This document shows, in pieces, positions 28,955 to 37,719 of a stretch of DNA of 64,000 nt (position 1 is the first letter of the stretch; each line of letters begins with the position of its first letter). A model generated the notes under the pieces. That model worked only from the letters and a program-made list of their open reading frames with translations. It was not told where the DNA came from and did not search any database. The position numbers and the translations under genes were made by a program. Source of the stretch: an uncultured Gemmataceae bacterium (GTDB lineage: Bacteria > Planctomycetota > Planctomycetia > Gemmatales > Gemmataceae); contig CAVVPN010000001.1 in assembly GCA_963750165.1 (NCBI GenBank), forward strand, positions 96,001 to 160,000. Reading direction: 5' to 3'.

Positions 28955-29901
28955 ATGTCCCGGCACCGCAGCGACCCCGGCCACGGTTCCGGCCCGGCAC
29001 GCTACCCCGGTAGTTTCCTGCTGACGCTGCGGGCCACGCTCGCGGAGTTGAACTGGCGCGCCGAACGCTGGCTCGGCTCGGCCGTCATCTGCACCGACGA
29101 TCAGGGCCGCGAACAGGTTGTCGGCCTGGAGAACCTTTACCGGCGGGCGCGCCAGGCCGAGCGCGCCGACTGGCCGGACCTGATCCGCTCATTCCTGACC
29201 AACGTCACGGCCGAGCAGCTCAACGACCCGCCCACGGACCTGGCCGCGGTCGCCGACCGGCTGCTGCCGCGCGTCGGCTCGCCGATGCCGCGCATCGACG
29301 AGAGCGTCGCCGTCTGGCGCAGCCGCTCGAGGGCACACCGCTGTGCCTCAGCCTGGTAATCGACTACCCGCAGAACATGTTCTACGTCACCGAGGAGCTG
29401 GTGCGCGGCTCCGGTCAGGAGGGGACGGCCTGGTTCGAGCGGGCGCTGCTCAACCTGCGCGCCCAGACGCCGCCCGAGTGTCTGGCAGTGGTCCACGAGG
29501 AGAGCGGCCTGCGCCAGTGTGCCGTCGGCGACGCCTATGACGCGGCGCGGGCGTTGCTGCTCGACGCGACACTGCCGGAGGCCGCCGCGGATGGCTTCTT
29601 CGTGGCGGTGCCGGGCCGCGACGAATTGCTGGTGCTGCCGGTGACGCGCAAGGCGCTGGGCTTTCTGCCGCTGCTCAAGATGATCGCCGAGAAGGACCAC
29701 AAGAAGGCCCCGTACGCGATCAGCGATGAAATCTTCTGGATTCAGAACGGCCGCTGGCACGTCTTCGGTGTCGAGCTGGGCGGCGAGCGCGTGCAGGTGC
29801 GACCGCCGCAGGAGTTCGTGCCGGTCTTCGAGCGCCTGGCCCCGGACGCCGAGGAGGAACCGCCCGAGGACGATGTGGAAGAAAAGGGCGCGTTCGAGTA
29901 G
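28955..29901 (+). CDS. Hypothetical protein, DUF1444-like (frameshift near 29318)
   Basis: AAAGGAG RBS; 'VGLENLYRR...LLPRV' continues after the shift as 'QPLEGTPLCLSLVIDYPQNMFYV...AYDAARALLL...VAVPGRDELLV...YAISDEIF'. Confidence 0.7.
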
Positions 29902-29916
29902 AAGTGTGGTGATTGA

Positions 29917-29961
29917 GCCCCGGAGGGGCGACAGGTGGTAGCCAGGGGTGTCAACCCCTGG
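29917..29961. repeat. REP-like element (GCCCC..GGGGCGAC..GTAGCCAGGGG family)
   Basis: GCCCCGGAGGGGCGACAGGTGGTAGCCAGGGGTGTCAACCCCTGG; two hairpins. Confidence 0.7.
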
Positions 29962-29990
29962 CGCTTTTTCCCGGTGAAAGGAGGCCAACC

Positions 29991-30881
29991 ATGTCCACGG
30001 ACAAGGTGCAATCGATGACCCTGGCGGAGTACGAGCGCGCCGCGGACGAGTATGAGAAGAATTTGCCCCTGGAGCACATCATGGAAGGCGAAGCCCAGGC
30101 CAAGCAACGCGAAATCACGCTGGAAAGCCTTGCCCTGGTGCGCGACCGCCGCCCGGAGGTGCGCGTGTACAACGAACTCCTGGTCCAGTATTTCCACAAA
30201 GGTCAGTTACGGCAGGTGGTGCCGGACAACATGATCGTCCTGTCCGACCGGCCGCTGGCCACCCGGAAAAGTTACACCATTGAGTACGACCCGCCGCCGC
30301 TGGTGGCGCTGGAGTGGGTGTCCGACTCCAGCGAAGGCAAGGACTACAAGGTCAGCTTCCAGAAGTACGAGCAGGATTTGCAGGTGCCCTATGCCCTGTT
30401 CTTTCATCCGGAGGATCAGGATTTGCGGGTGTATCGGCACACCGGCGCGGGGTATGAGTTGATCCCGGTCAACGCCGCCGGGCGCCAGGAGCTGCCCGAA
30501 CTGGAGCTGGAAGTCGGTCTGCTGGACCGCTGGGTGCGTTACTGGTTTCGGGGGCAATTGCTGGAACTGCCGGACGCTCTGCAACGCAAAATCGACGAAC
30601 TAACGACCCAAGTGGAACGCGCCGAACGCCGGGCCGAGCAAGCAGATCGGCTAGTCCGACAGGAGCGGGAACGGGCCGAGCAGGCAGATCAGCAAGCCCG
30701 ACAGGAACGCGAACGGGCCGAGCAGGCAGATCAGCAAGCCCGACAGGAACGCGAACGGGCCGAGCAGGCAAACCAGCAGGCCCGACAGTCGCGCGAACGG
30801 GCCGAGCAGGCCGAGCGCGAACTCGCCCGCTTGCAGGCGCTGTTGGCCGCACGGCCTGAGGGTCTGCCACCCGCCTCTTGA
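29991..30881 (+). CDS. Uma2/DUF820 family putative endonuclease with coiled-coil repeat tail
   Basis: AAGGAGG RBS; 'VVPDNMIV...PPLVALEWVSDS...KDY..KYEQDLQVPY'; QERERAEQADQQAR repeats. Confidence 0.88.
   Translation: MSTDKVQSMTLAEYERAADEYEKNLPLEHIMEGEAQAKQREITLESLALVRDRRPEVRVYNELLVQYFHKGQLRQVVPDNMIVLSDRPLATRKSYTIEYDPPPLVALEWVSDSSEGKDYKVSFQKYEQDLQVPYALFFHPEDQDLRVYRHTGAGYELIPVNAAGRQELPELELEVGLLDRWVRYWFRGQLLELPDALQRKIDELTTQVERAERRAEQADRLVRQERERAEQADQQARQERERAEQADQQARQERERAEQANQQARQSRERAEQAERELARLQALLAARPEGLPPAS
30625..30812 (+). repeat. 42-bp coding tandem repeat (~4 copies)
   Basis: Unit CAGGAACGCGAACGGGCCGAGCAGGCAGATCAGCAAGCCCGA at 30660, 30702 and 30744, with partial copies either side. Confidence 0.9.
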
Positions 30882-31004
30882 GCCGGTGACTGTGCGCTTT
30901 CCCTTTTTCCCGCTTGCAAGCGGGAAATGGATCGCGGAGAATAATTCCATTCTCACCAGAACAACGCCGCCCATTTTCTCTGTACATTGAGGAAGGAACA
31001 CTCG

Positions 31005-32144
31005 ATGAACTCCCCCACTCCCCACGAACCGCCGGCGCAGCAACCCGAACGTCGTCATGGCTCGAAGTTCCTGCCCGCGCTGGGGGCCCTTCTGTTCGTT
31101 GGCATCGCCCTCTTCGCCGCGCGGGGGTTCCAGCGAACCGACACCGCCGCCGCACCCCCCGCCGTTGCCGCCCAGGACGACAAGGCGCCCGCGCACACCG
31201 CCAAGGCCGTCGCCGCCGCCAACAAGTTCCTGAAAGGCCTCAACGACAATCTGCGTGCCAAGGCGTCGTTCGACTTCGACAGCGACAAGCGTTCGCGCTG
31301 GTCCAACCTGCCGGCGAACGCCGTGCCGCGCAACGGCGTCCGCATGGGTGAGTTGAGCAAGGAACAACGCGCTGCGGCCCTGGACGTGGTCGCCGCGGTC
31401 ACCAGCAAGGAAGGTTATCAGAAAATTCTCGACATCATCGCCGCCGATGACGTGCTCGCCAAGGGGGGCGGCGGCAAGGGGGGCAAGGGCGGCAAGGGGG
31501 GGAAAGGTGGCGGCTTCGGCTTCGACAACTTTTACCTTGCTCTCTTCGGCAAACCCTCGGCCAAGGAGCCCTGGCTGGTGCAGTTCGGCGGCCACCACCT
31601 CGCCGTCAACATCACCGTCATCGGTAAGGATTTCGTGCTCACCCCAACCTTGACCTGCACGCAACCCAGTTCCTTCGTTCGGGACGGCAAGACGATCCGC
31701 CCCCTCGGCCTGGAGCACGATACCGCCTTCAAACTCATGGGTTCCCTTGACGAGAAACAGCGCACGCAGGCCATCCTCAAGAACCGTACCAGCGATCTTT
31801 TGCTCGGCCCGGGCAAGGACGGCAAGGCGATCCAGCCGGACGGGCTCAAGGGGGCCGACATGGACGAGAAGCAGCGGGCCCTGCTGGTGGACCTTGCCGG
31901 CGCCTGGGTCAAGATCCTGCACGAGGTCTCGGCGAAGCCAAAAATGGCCGCGATCAAGGCCGCGATCAAGGATACCTACTTCGCCTGGAGCGGGCCGACC
32001 GCCGCCGGCAGCGCCGCTTATTTCCGTGTGCAGGGGCCGAGCGTCGTCATCGAATACGCCCCGCAGCAAGGCGGCACCAACCACATCCACACCATCGTCC
32101 GCGAGCTGGGGAATGATTACGGCAAAAAGCTCGTGAAGCGTTGA
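31005..32144 (+). CDS. DUF3500 domain protein, exported
   Basis: 'RWSNLP...RNGVRMGEL...GYQKILDI...YLALFGKPS...QFGGHHLAVN...TYFAWSG...YFRVQGPSVVIEY...NHIHTIVRELGNDYG'. Confidence 0.88.
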   Translation: MNSPTPHEPPAQQPERRHGSKFLPALGALLFVGIALFAARGFQRTDTAAAPPAVAAQDDKAPAHTAKAVAAANKFLKGLNDNLRAKASFDFDSDKRSRWSNLPANAVPRNGVRMGELSKEQRAAALDVVAAVTSKEGYQKILDIIAADDVLAKGGGGKGGKGGKGGKGGGFGFDNFYLALFGKPSAKEPWLVQFGGHHLAVNITVIGKDFVLTPTLTCTQPSSFVRDGKTIRPLGLEHDTAFKLMGSLDEKQRTQAILKNRTSDLLLGPGKDGKAIQPDGLKGADMDEKQRALLVDLAGAWVKILHEVSAKPKMAAIKAAIKDTYFAWSGPTAAGSAAYFRVQGPSVVIEYAPQQGGTNHIHTIVRELGNDYGKKLVKR

Positions 32145-32151
32145 CAGGTCC

Positions 32152-32204
32152 GAGCCCGAGCGCCAGCGCGGGGCCAGGTCTGCCCCTCGCTGGCGCTCGG
32201 GCTC
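32152..32204. repeat. REP-like palindrome between convergent genes
   Basis: GAGCCCGAGCGCCAGCG ... CGCTGGCGCTCGGGCTC. Confidence 0.85.
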
Positions 32205-32208
32205 CGAA

Positions 32209-32793
32209 TCAGAAGCGGCAGCCCAGGAAGATGCCGGCGACCGGCACCACGCCCCAGCGGTTGCCGTAGCCGGCGCCGGCGCCGAGCTTTATTCCGATGT
32301 GTCCGCAGCAGCGGTCGCTGAAGTCGTGCTCCCATTGCACTTCCACGTCCGCCGTGAACAGCTCAATCGTGGTGGGACCGCAACGATACCACCGATCAAA
32401 GTCGCGCCGAAGGTTATACAGCAGATAGGCGTCCAGGCCGGGGCTGACGGTGAAGGCGTCGTGCTCGCCGCACAGCGGCTTGAAGCGGTGCCGGAAGCCG
32501 CCGCCGGCCATTGGGTAGATGAACTCCACGCCGACCAACCCTTCCACCAGCCAGTCGCGGCCGAGGCCATCGCCCAGACCGTGCTGGGCGCGCACGCCGG
32601 TCGGGTAGCCGAGCACCACGTCCACCACCCAGGTCTTGTCAAACGGGTCGGCGGGCGGTGGCGACACGGCGAGCGCGCTCAGGGCAGGAGCGGGGCTGTC
32701 GGCGGGCCAGGCCGTCGGGGTCTGCGCTCGCGCCGGACTGACCGCCCTTGCCAGCGCCACCACGATCCCCAGGACCAACAAGGATTGCCGCAT
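32209..32793 (-). CDS. Hypothetical protein, possible small outer-membrane beta-barrel
   Basis: Signal peptide MRQSLLVLGIVVALARAVSPARA; alternating amphipathic strands; terminal Phe (FLGCRF). Confidence 0.6.
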   Translation of the reverse strand: MRQSLLVLGIVVALARAVSPARAQTPTAWPADSPAPALSALAVSPPPADPFDKTWVVDVVLGYPTGVRAQHGLGDGLGRDWLVEGLVGVEFIYPMAGGGFRHRFKPLCGEHDAFTVSPGLDAYLLYNLRRDFDRWYRCGPTTIELFTADVEVQWEHDFSDRCCGHIGIKLGAGAGYGNRWGVVPVAGIFLGCRF

Positions 32794-33022
32794 GGGCCGC
32801 TCCGCGCAGCATGTGCCAGGAAACCGGACGGGACCATAGCCGTCGGTGGTGCCGCTGTCAACCAGACCTGACGCTGGGCTTGCGGGCATCCCCGGCGTAC
32901 AATGCCCGGCAAGGAAACTGGAGAAGCCCGGGAATTTGACTCGCGTTCCAAGAAGTTGCCGGGTACAACGAATAACTCCATAAAGGCCACGGACCTGATT
33001 GGCACCCACAGAATTTACCAAC

Positions 33023-35164
33023 ATGCCTCCGTCGCTCGGCAGGGTTCTGGGTGGATTGCTGGTGCTGTTGCCGATGCTGCTCCCCTTGCTCGACACGGGG
33101 GCCGCGTCTGCTCCGGCAGCGTCCAGCGTTTCCCCGCAGGACACCCTGACTCGCATTGAATTGCCGGGCGAATCCCCGGAGGCCGCCCGCCGTCTCAAGG
33201 CCGCGGACCAGCTCGCGGCTGAAAAAAAATGGCCCGACGCCCTGGACGAGTATCAACGCCTCCTTGAAGAGGACGGCGACGACCTCACCCCCATCGAAAC
33301 CCCTGCCGAGTTGGCCGCCGGCACCGCCCGATGCGTGCAAACCCGTGTGCTCTGCCACCAGCGCATCGCCCTGCTGCCGGCCGCTGTCCTGCGGTTGTAC
33401 CGCAAACGTGTCGATGGCCAGGCCAAAAAATGGCTGCGTCAGGGCACTGAACAGCACGACCGTCAGGCATTGTGTCGTATCGTGGATGAGCACTTTTGCA
33501 GCAGCGTCGGCGACCGGGCGCTGCTGGCGCTCGGCGACCTGGCATTCGAGCGCGGCAACTTCGACGAGGCCCTGCACTGGTGGCTGCTGTTGACCGCCCC
33601 TCCGAGCGAGGTGGGCCGGCCGGCGGTTGGGCTGCGCTTCCCCGACCCGCAGGTGGACCTGGCGGCCGTGCGGGCGCGGCAAATCCTGGCCTGGCTGTTC
33701 CTGCGGCTGCCGCAGCGCGTCGCGGAGGAGCTGGCCGCCTTCCGCAAACTGCACGCCAAGGCGCAGGGGACCATTGCCGGCAAAACGGGGGCGTATGTCG
33801 ATCTGCTCGGTCAGCTGATCGCCGACGCCCGCAAGGACTTGCTCGCGGCGGAAGCGGACTGGCCGACGTTCGGCGGTTCGGCGACGCGCAACCGTGTGCT
33901 GGTGCGACCGCCGCGACCGCAGCTCTGGCGCAGCGGGCCGACGTGGAGCGTGCCACTGGTCGGCGCCTCGCCGGCGCTGTCGCGGCGGCCGGTGGTCCAC
34001 CCCATCATCGTGGACGACCAGGTGCTGGTTGCCGGTGCCTGTGCCGTGCGTGCCTTCCGTCTCACGGACGGCGCCCCACTGTTCCAGTTCGACCTCAGCA
34101 GCGTGGCCGACCGGATCGGCTTTGAGCCGGCACTGAAAAAGTCCGCGGTCTGCGGCGGCGGCTGCACCCTCAGCGCCAGCGATGACAGCATCTTTGCACG
34201 CCTTGGCGCCCCGCTGCCGTGTCGGGCCGCCCGCGACGCCGCGCCCATGCTCCAGCATCAAAGTTTCCTGATCTGCCTGGACCGCACCCCGCCCATCGGG
34301 CCGGAAAAGCCGCCGCGCGTCCGCTGGCAGGTCAAGGCGGACGGCCTGCCGGGGCTGGTCGGCTTCGAGGGCGCCCCGCTGCCACACGGCGACCGCGTTT
34401 ATGTCGCCCTGAGCGCCCTGGTTGGCCAGCGCACGCGGACGCAACTGCTCTGCCTGCGGGCCGACACCGGCCAGGAAATTTGGCGGCAGGACGTGTGCGT
34501 CACGCCGGAGCCCGAGGAGGACGCGCCGCCGGTGTGCCGGCACCATCTGGTGACGCTGGCGGGGCCGAACGTGGTGTACTGCTCGCACTCCGGGGCGGTG
34601 GTCGCGCTGGACGCCCACAGTGGCAAGCGCGTCTGGTCGCTGCGCTATCCGCCGCGTCCCTCCGCGGAGGGCAGCCCACCGCCGGGCGTGCGCGACCTGG
34701 CGCCGTGCGTCTTCGCCCGGGAGCGCGTGTTCGTTGCGCCGCTCGACACGAATCGGTTACTGTGCCTGGACCCCGGAACAGGCCAGTTGCTCTGGGAGCA
34801 GCGCGGGCTGGAGACGGTGCAGTTGCTGGGCGTCGCCGGGCGGCGGCTGGCGCTGACGACACCGCGCGGCCTGATGGCCCTGGACGTGGACGGCGGCGTT
34901 GCCTGGCAGAAGCCGGACGCCGGGGCGCTGGCGAGCCACGGTCGTGGGCTGCTGGCGGGTTCCTGGGTGTTCTGGCCGACGCGCGCCGCCCAGCTACCGG
35001 TGCGGGCCCTGCACCTGGAGAGCGGCGGCCCGGAGCACGGCGGCGACCTGCTCGAGCCGACGCAGTTGCGGCTGCTGCGGCCGGGCAACCTGGCGTTCGC
35101 TTACGGCGGCCTGGTCGTGGCGGGGTCGGACGACTTGACCGGGTATGTGCCGATCCGCCCATGA
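33023..35164 (+). CDS. TPR + PQQ-binding-like (BamB-type) beta-propeller protein
   Basis: Signal peptide; TPR-like 'ALLALGDLAFERGNFDEALHWW'; 'WPTFGGSATRN', 'GAVVALDAHSGKRVW', 'LLCLDPGTGQLLW'. Confidence 0.85.
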   Translation: MPPSLGRVLGGLLVLLPMLLPLLDTGAASAPAASSVSPQDTLTRIELPGESPEAARRLKAADQLAAEKKWPDALDEYQRLLEEDGDDLTPIETPAELAAGTARCVQTRVLCHQRIALLPAAVLRLYRKRVDGQAKKWLRQGTEQHDRQALCRIVDEHFCSSVGDRALLALGDLAFERGNFDEALHWWLLLTAPPSEVGRPAVGLRFPDPQVDLAAVRARQILAWLFLRLPQRVAEELAAFRKLHAKAQGTIAGKTGAYVDLLGQLIADARKDLLAAEADWPTFGGSATRNRVLVRPPRPQLWRSGPTWSVPLVGASPALSRRPVVHPIIVDDQVLVAGACAVRAFRLTDGAPLFQFDLSSVADRIGFEPALKKSAVCGGGCTLSASDDSIFARLGAPLPCRAARDAAPMLQHQSFLICLDRTPPIGPEKPPRVRWQVKADGLPGLVGFEGAPLPHGDRVYVALSALVGQRTRTQLLCLRADTGQEIWRQDVCVTPEPEEDAPPVCRHHLVTLAGPNVVYCSHSGAVVALDAHSGKRVWSLRYPPRPSAEGSPPPGVRDLAPCVFARERVFVAPLDTNRLLCLDPGTGQLLWEQRGLETVQLLGVAGRRLALTTPRGLMALDVDGGVAWQKPDAGALASHGRGLLAGSWVFWPTRAAQLPVRALHLESGGPEHGGDLLEPTQLRLLRPGNLAFAYGGLVVAGSDDLTGYVPIRP

Positions 35165-35172
35165 CGGCACCG

Positions 35173-35202
35173 TTGGTAGCGATTCTGTCATTTGGGTATA
35201 AT
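35173..35202 (+). promoter_or_regulatory. Putative sigma70 promoter of the moxR operon
   Basis: TTGGTA-N18-TATAAT (perfect -10) in the gap upstream of moxR. Confidence 0.5.
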
Positions 35203-35277
35203 TCCAGGGTGACCGACCGCCGCGCAGCCGTTACCATGAAATAGTGTCGCACCTCCACCGCCAGGGAGCCTGAGTCG

Positions 35278-36492
35278 ATGAGCAAAGGGACCGATAAAAC
35301 ACTACCCGTCAAATGCACCAAATGCGGCCTGACCGCGCAGGTGCCCGTCGGCGGCCGCCGGCTGTGCGGCTGCGGCACCTGGTTGTCTGGTGACAAACCA
35401 GCGGACGAGCCCGAACTGGTCGAGCAGATGCCCGAAGCGGGGACGGGCGGCCACTTCCCGCGTATCGAGAGCGATCTGGCCGCCATCGAACGGCTCAACG
35501 ACGGCTACCGCCGCATCAAGCGCGAGATGAACAAGGCCATCGTCGGCCAGCACCGTGTGCTGGAAGAACTGCTCATCGCCATCTTCGCCCGCGGCCACTG
35601 TCTGCTGGTCGGCGTGCCTGGCCTGGCGAAAACGCTCATGATCCGCACCCTGGCGGACTCGCTCAACCTCAACTTCAGCCGCATCCAGTTCACGCCCGAC
35701 CTGATGCCGAGCGACATCACCGGCACCGAGGTGTTGCAGGAGGACAAGGCGACCGGCCAGCGTCTGTTCAAGTTCCTCAACGGCCCGCTGTTCTCCAACG
35801 TCATCCTCGCCGACGAGGTGAACCGCACGCCGCCCAAGACGCAGGCCGCCCTGCTCGAAGCCATGCAGGAACGTCAGGTGACCGTCGGCGGCACCCGCCA
35901 CAAGCTGCCGGACCCGTTCTTCGTGCTGGCGACGCAGAACCCCATTGAACAGGAAGGCACCTATCCGCTGCCCGAGGCGCAGCAGGACCGCTTCATGTTC
36001 AACGTGCTGGTCGATTACCCCGAGGAGGACGAGGAATTCCGCATCGTCGAGATGACGACGGCGATGTACACGCCGATGATCGAGCGCGTGCTGTCGGCCA
36101 ACGACATTCTGGAGATGCAGGACATCGTGCGCAAGGTGCCGGTGGCGCCGTATGTGATCCGCTACGCCATGAAGTTCACACGGCAGACGCGCAAGGAAAA
36201 GGGCGAGGTGCCGAAGTTCATCAAGGACTACGTGACCTGGGGCGCGGGGCCGCGGGCGTCGCAGTTCCTGGTGCTGGGCGCCAAGGCGCGGGCGGTCCTG
36301 CACGGCCGCTATTACGTCTCCTGCGAGGACATCCGCGCGGTGGCGGTGCCCGTGCTGCGGCATCGCATCATCACCAACTTCAACGCCGAGGCCGAGGGCG
36401 TCAAGCCGGAGGACATCATCCAGCGTCTGGCGGACATGATTCCGCGCGACCCCAACGAGGCCCAGCTGGAACGCGGCCGGGCCGCCGTTTAA
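35278..36492 (+). CDS. moxR: MoxR family AAA+ ATPase with N-terminal Cys4 motif
   Basis: [67 protein letters not shown]. Confidence 0.94.
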   Translation: MSKGTDKTLPVKCTKCGLTAQVPVGGRRLCGCGTWLSGDKPADEPELVEQMPEAGTGGHFPRIESDLAAIERLNDGYRRIKREMNKAIVGQHRVLEELLIAIFARGHCLLVGVPGLAKTLMIRTLADSLNLNFSRIQFTPDLMPSDITGTEVLQEDKATGQRLFKFLNGPLFSNVILADEVNRTPPKTQAALLEAMQERQVTVGGTRHKLPDPFFVLATQNPIEQEGTYPLPEAQQDRFMFNVLVDYPEEDEEFRIVEMTTAMYTPMIERVLSANDILEMQDIVRKVPVAPYVIRYAMKFTRQTRKEKGEVPKFIKDYVTWGAGPRASQFLVLGAKARAVLHGRYYVSCEDIRAVAVPVLRHRIITNFNAEAEGVKPEDIIQRLADMIPRDPNEAQLERGRAAV

Positions 36493-36637
36493 TTGCAAAT
36501 TGCAGATTGCAAATCGAAAGACGGGTTCGTAGTACCGCCTTTAGGCGGAATCCGGGCGTCTGGTTTCGGCTAAAGCCGGTACTACAAACCGGTCTTTCAA
36601 TCTGCAATCTGCAATCTGCAATCTACAATCTGCAATC
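36493..36637. repeat. Composite repeat: GTAG-REP doublet nested in inverted heptamer (TTGCAGA/TCTGCAA) arrays
   Basis: TTGCAAATTGCAGATTGCAAATC...GTAGTACCGCCTTTAGGCGG...CGGCTAAAGCCGGTACTAC...(AATCTGC)x5. Confidence 0.88.
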
Positions 36638-36650
36638 CTCAAGGTATCCC

Positions 36651-37565
36651 ATGCCGACCGGCCAGCAACAAGACGACGTGCTGAAATACCTCGACCCGCT
36701 GATCCTGGCCAAGGTGCGCGGCCTGGAGTTGCAGGCCCGGCTGCTCGTGGAGGGCTTCCTCGCGGGCATGCACAAGAGCCCGTACCACGGCTTCTCGGTC
36801 GAGTTCGCCCAGCACCGCGAATACGTCCCCGGCGACGACATCAAGCACATTGACTGGAAGGTCTACGGCCGCACCGGCCGCTTCTACCTCAAGCAGTACG
36901 AGGCAGAAACGAACCTCGTCTGCTGGATTTTGCTGGATGTCAGCGAGTCGATGCGCTACGGCTCCGCGGCGGTGACGAAGTACGACTACGCCTGCATGGC
37001 CGCGGCGGGCCTGGCGTACCTGGTGCTGCAACAGGCGGACAGCGTCGGCTTCATCACCTTCGACAACCAGATCCGCAAGTTCATGAAGCCGTCGAGTCAA
37101 CCGTCCAACCTGAAGGAGATCGTCCGCGTCATGAACCAGGGGGCGGCGCGTGAGAAGTCGCACATGGGCCAGCTGTTTCACGATCTGGCGGAGCGTGTCA
37201 ACCGCCGGGCGCTGATCTTCGTCCTGAGCGACATGTTCGACGAGGTGAACGAGGTGCTGCTGGGTCTGCAACATCTGCGGCACAAGCGGCACGAGGTCAT
37301 CCTCTGGCACACGCTGGACGCGGCAGAGCTAACGTTCCCGTTCCAGGAGCCGACGCTGTTCCGCGGCCTGGAGGCGTACCCCGAACTGCTGACCGACCCG
37401 CGCTCGCTGCGCAAGAGCTATCTTGAACAAATGGAAGCGTTCGTTGAACAGTTGAAGCTCGGTTGTCGCCATCAGAATATCGATTACGTCCAGCTGCGCA
37501 CCGACACGCCGCTCAACGTGGCGCTGTCGAGCTACCTGGCGCATCGGTTGACGCGCTCTAAATAA
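36651..37565 (+). CDS. DUF58 domain protein
   Basis: 'GMHKSPYHGFSVEFAQHREYVPGDDIKHIDWKVYGRT...KQYEAETN...LDVSESM'. Confidence 0.93.
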   Translation: MPTGQQQDDVLKYLDPLILAKVRGLELQARLLVEGFLAGMHKSPYHGFSVEFAQHREYVPGDDIKHIDWKVYGRTGRFYLKQYEAETNLVCWILLDVSESMRYGSAAVTKYDYACMAAAGLAYLVLQQADSVGFITFDNQIRKFMKPSSQPSNLKEIVRVMNQGAAREKSHMGQLFHDLAERVNRRALIFVLSDMFDEVNEVLLGLQHLRHKRHEVILWHTLDAAELTFPFQEPTLFRGLEAYPELLTDPRSLRKSYLEQMEAFVEQLKLGCRHQNIDYVQLRTDTPLNVALSSYLAHRLTRSK

Positions 37566-37581
37566 CCTGGTCTGTTGTCCC

Positions 37582-37701
37582 CCGTTGTGGCCCGGTCTCC
37601 TGACCGGGCCACGGACTGCGACCGAAGGTCTCCCAGGCTTCCACCCGGAGGAGACCTTCGGTCAAAGCCTGTAGCCTGGTCCGGAGACCAGGCCACAACG
37701 G
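37582..37701. repeat. Multi-stem REP-like element (GTTGTGG...CCACAAC family)
   Basis: CCGTTGTGGCCCGGTCTCCTGACCGGGCCAC...GACCGAAGGTCTCC/GGAGACCTTCGGTC...GGAGACCAGGCCACAACGG; related copy at 49289-49368. Confidence 0.88.
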
Positions 37702-37719
37702 AACCGAGGGATTGAACAT

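Noticed and set aside
30625..30812. Tandem repeats as a CRISPR array
   Set aside because: The units are contiguous with no unique spacers and encode an in-frame coiled coil; no cas genes are present.
31462..31515. GGCAAGGGG 9-bp repeat in the DUF3500 gene
   Set aside because: It encodes a low-complexity GGKGGK linker common in this kind of genome; no sign of a separate function.
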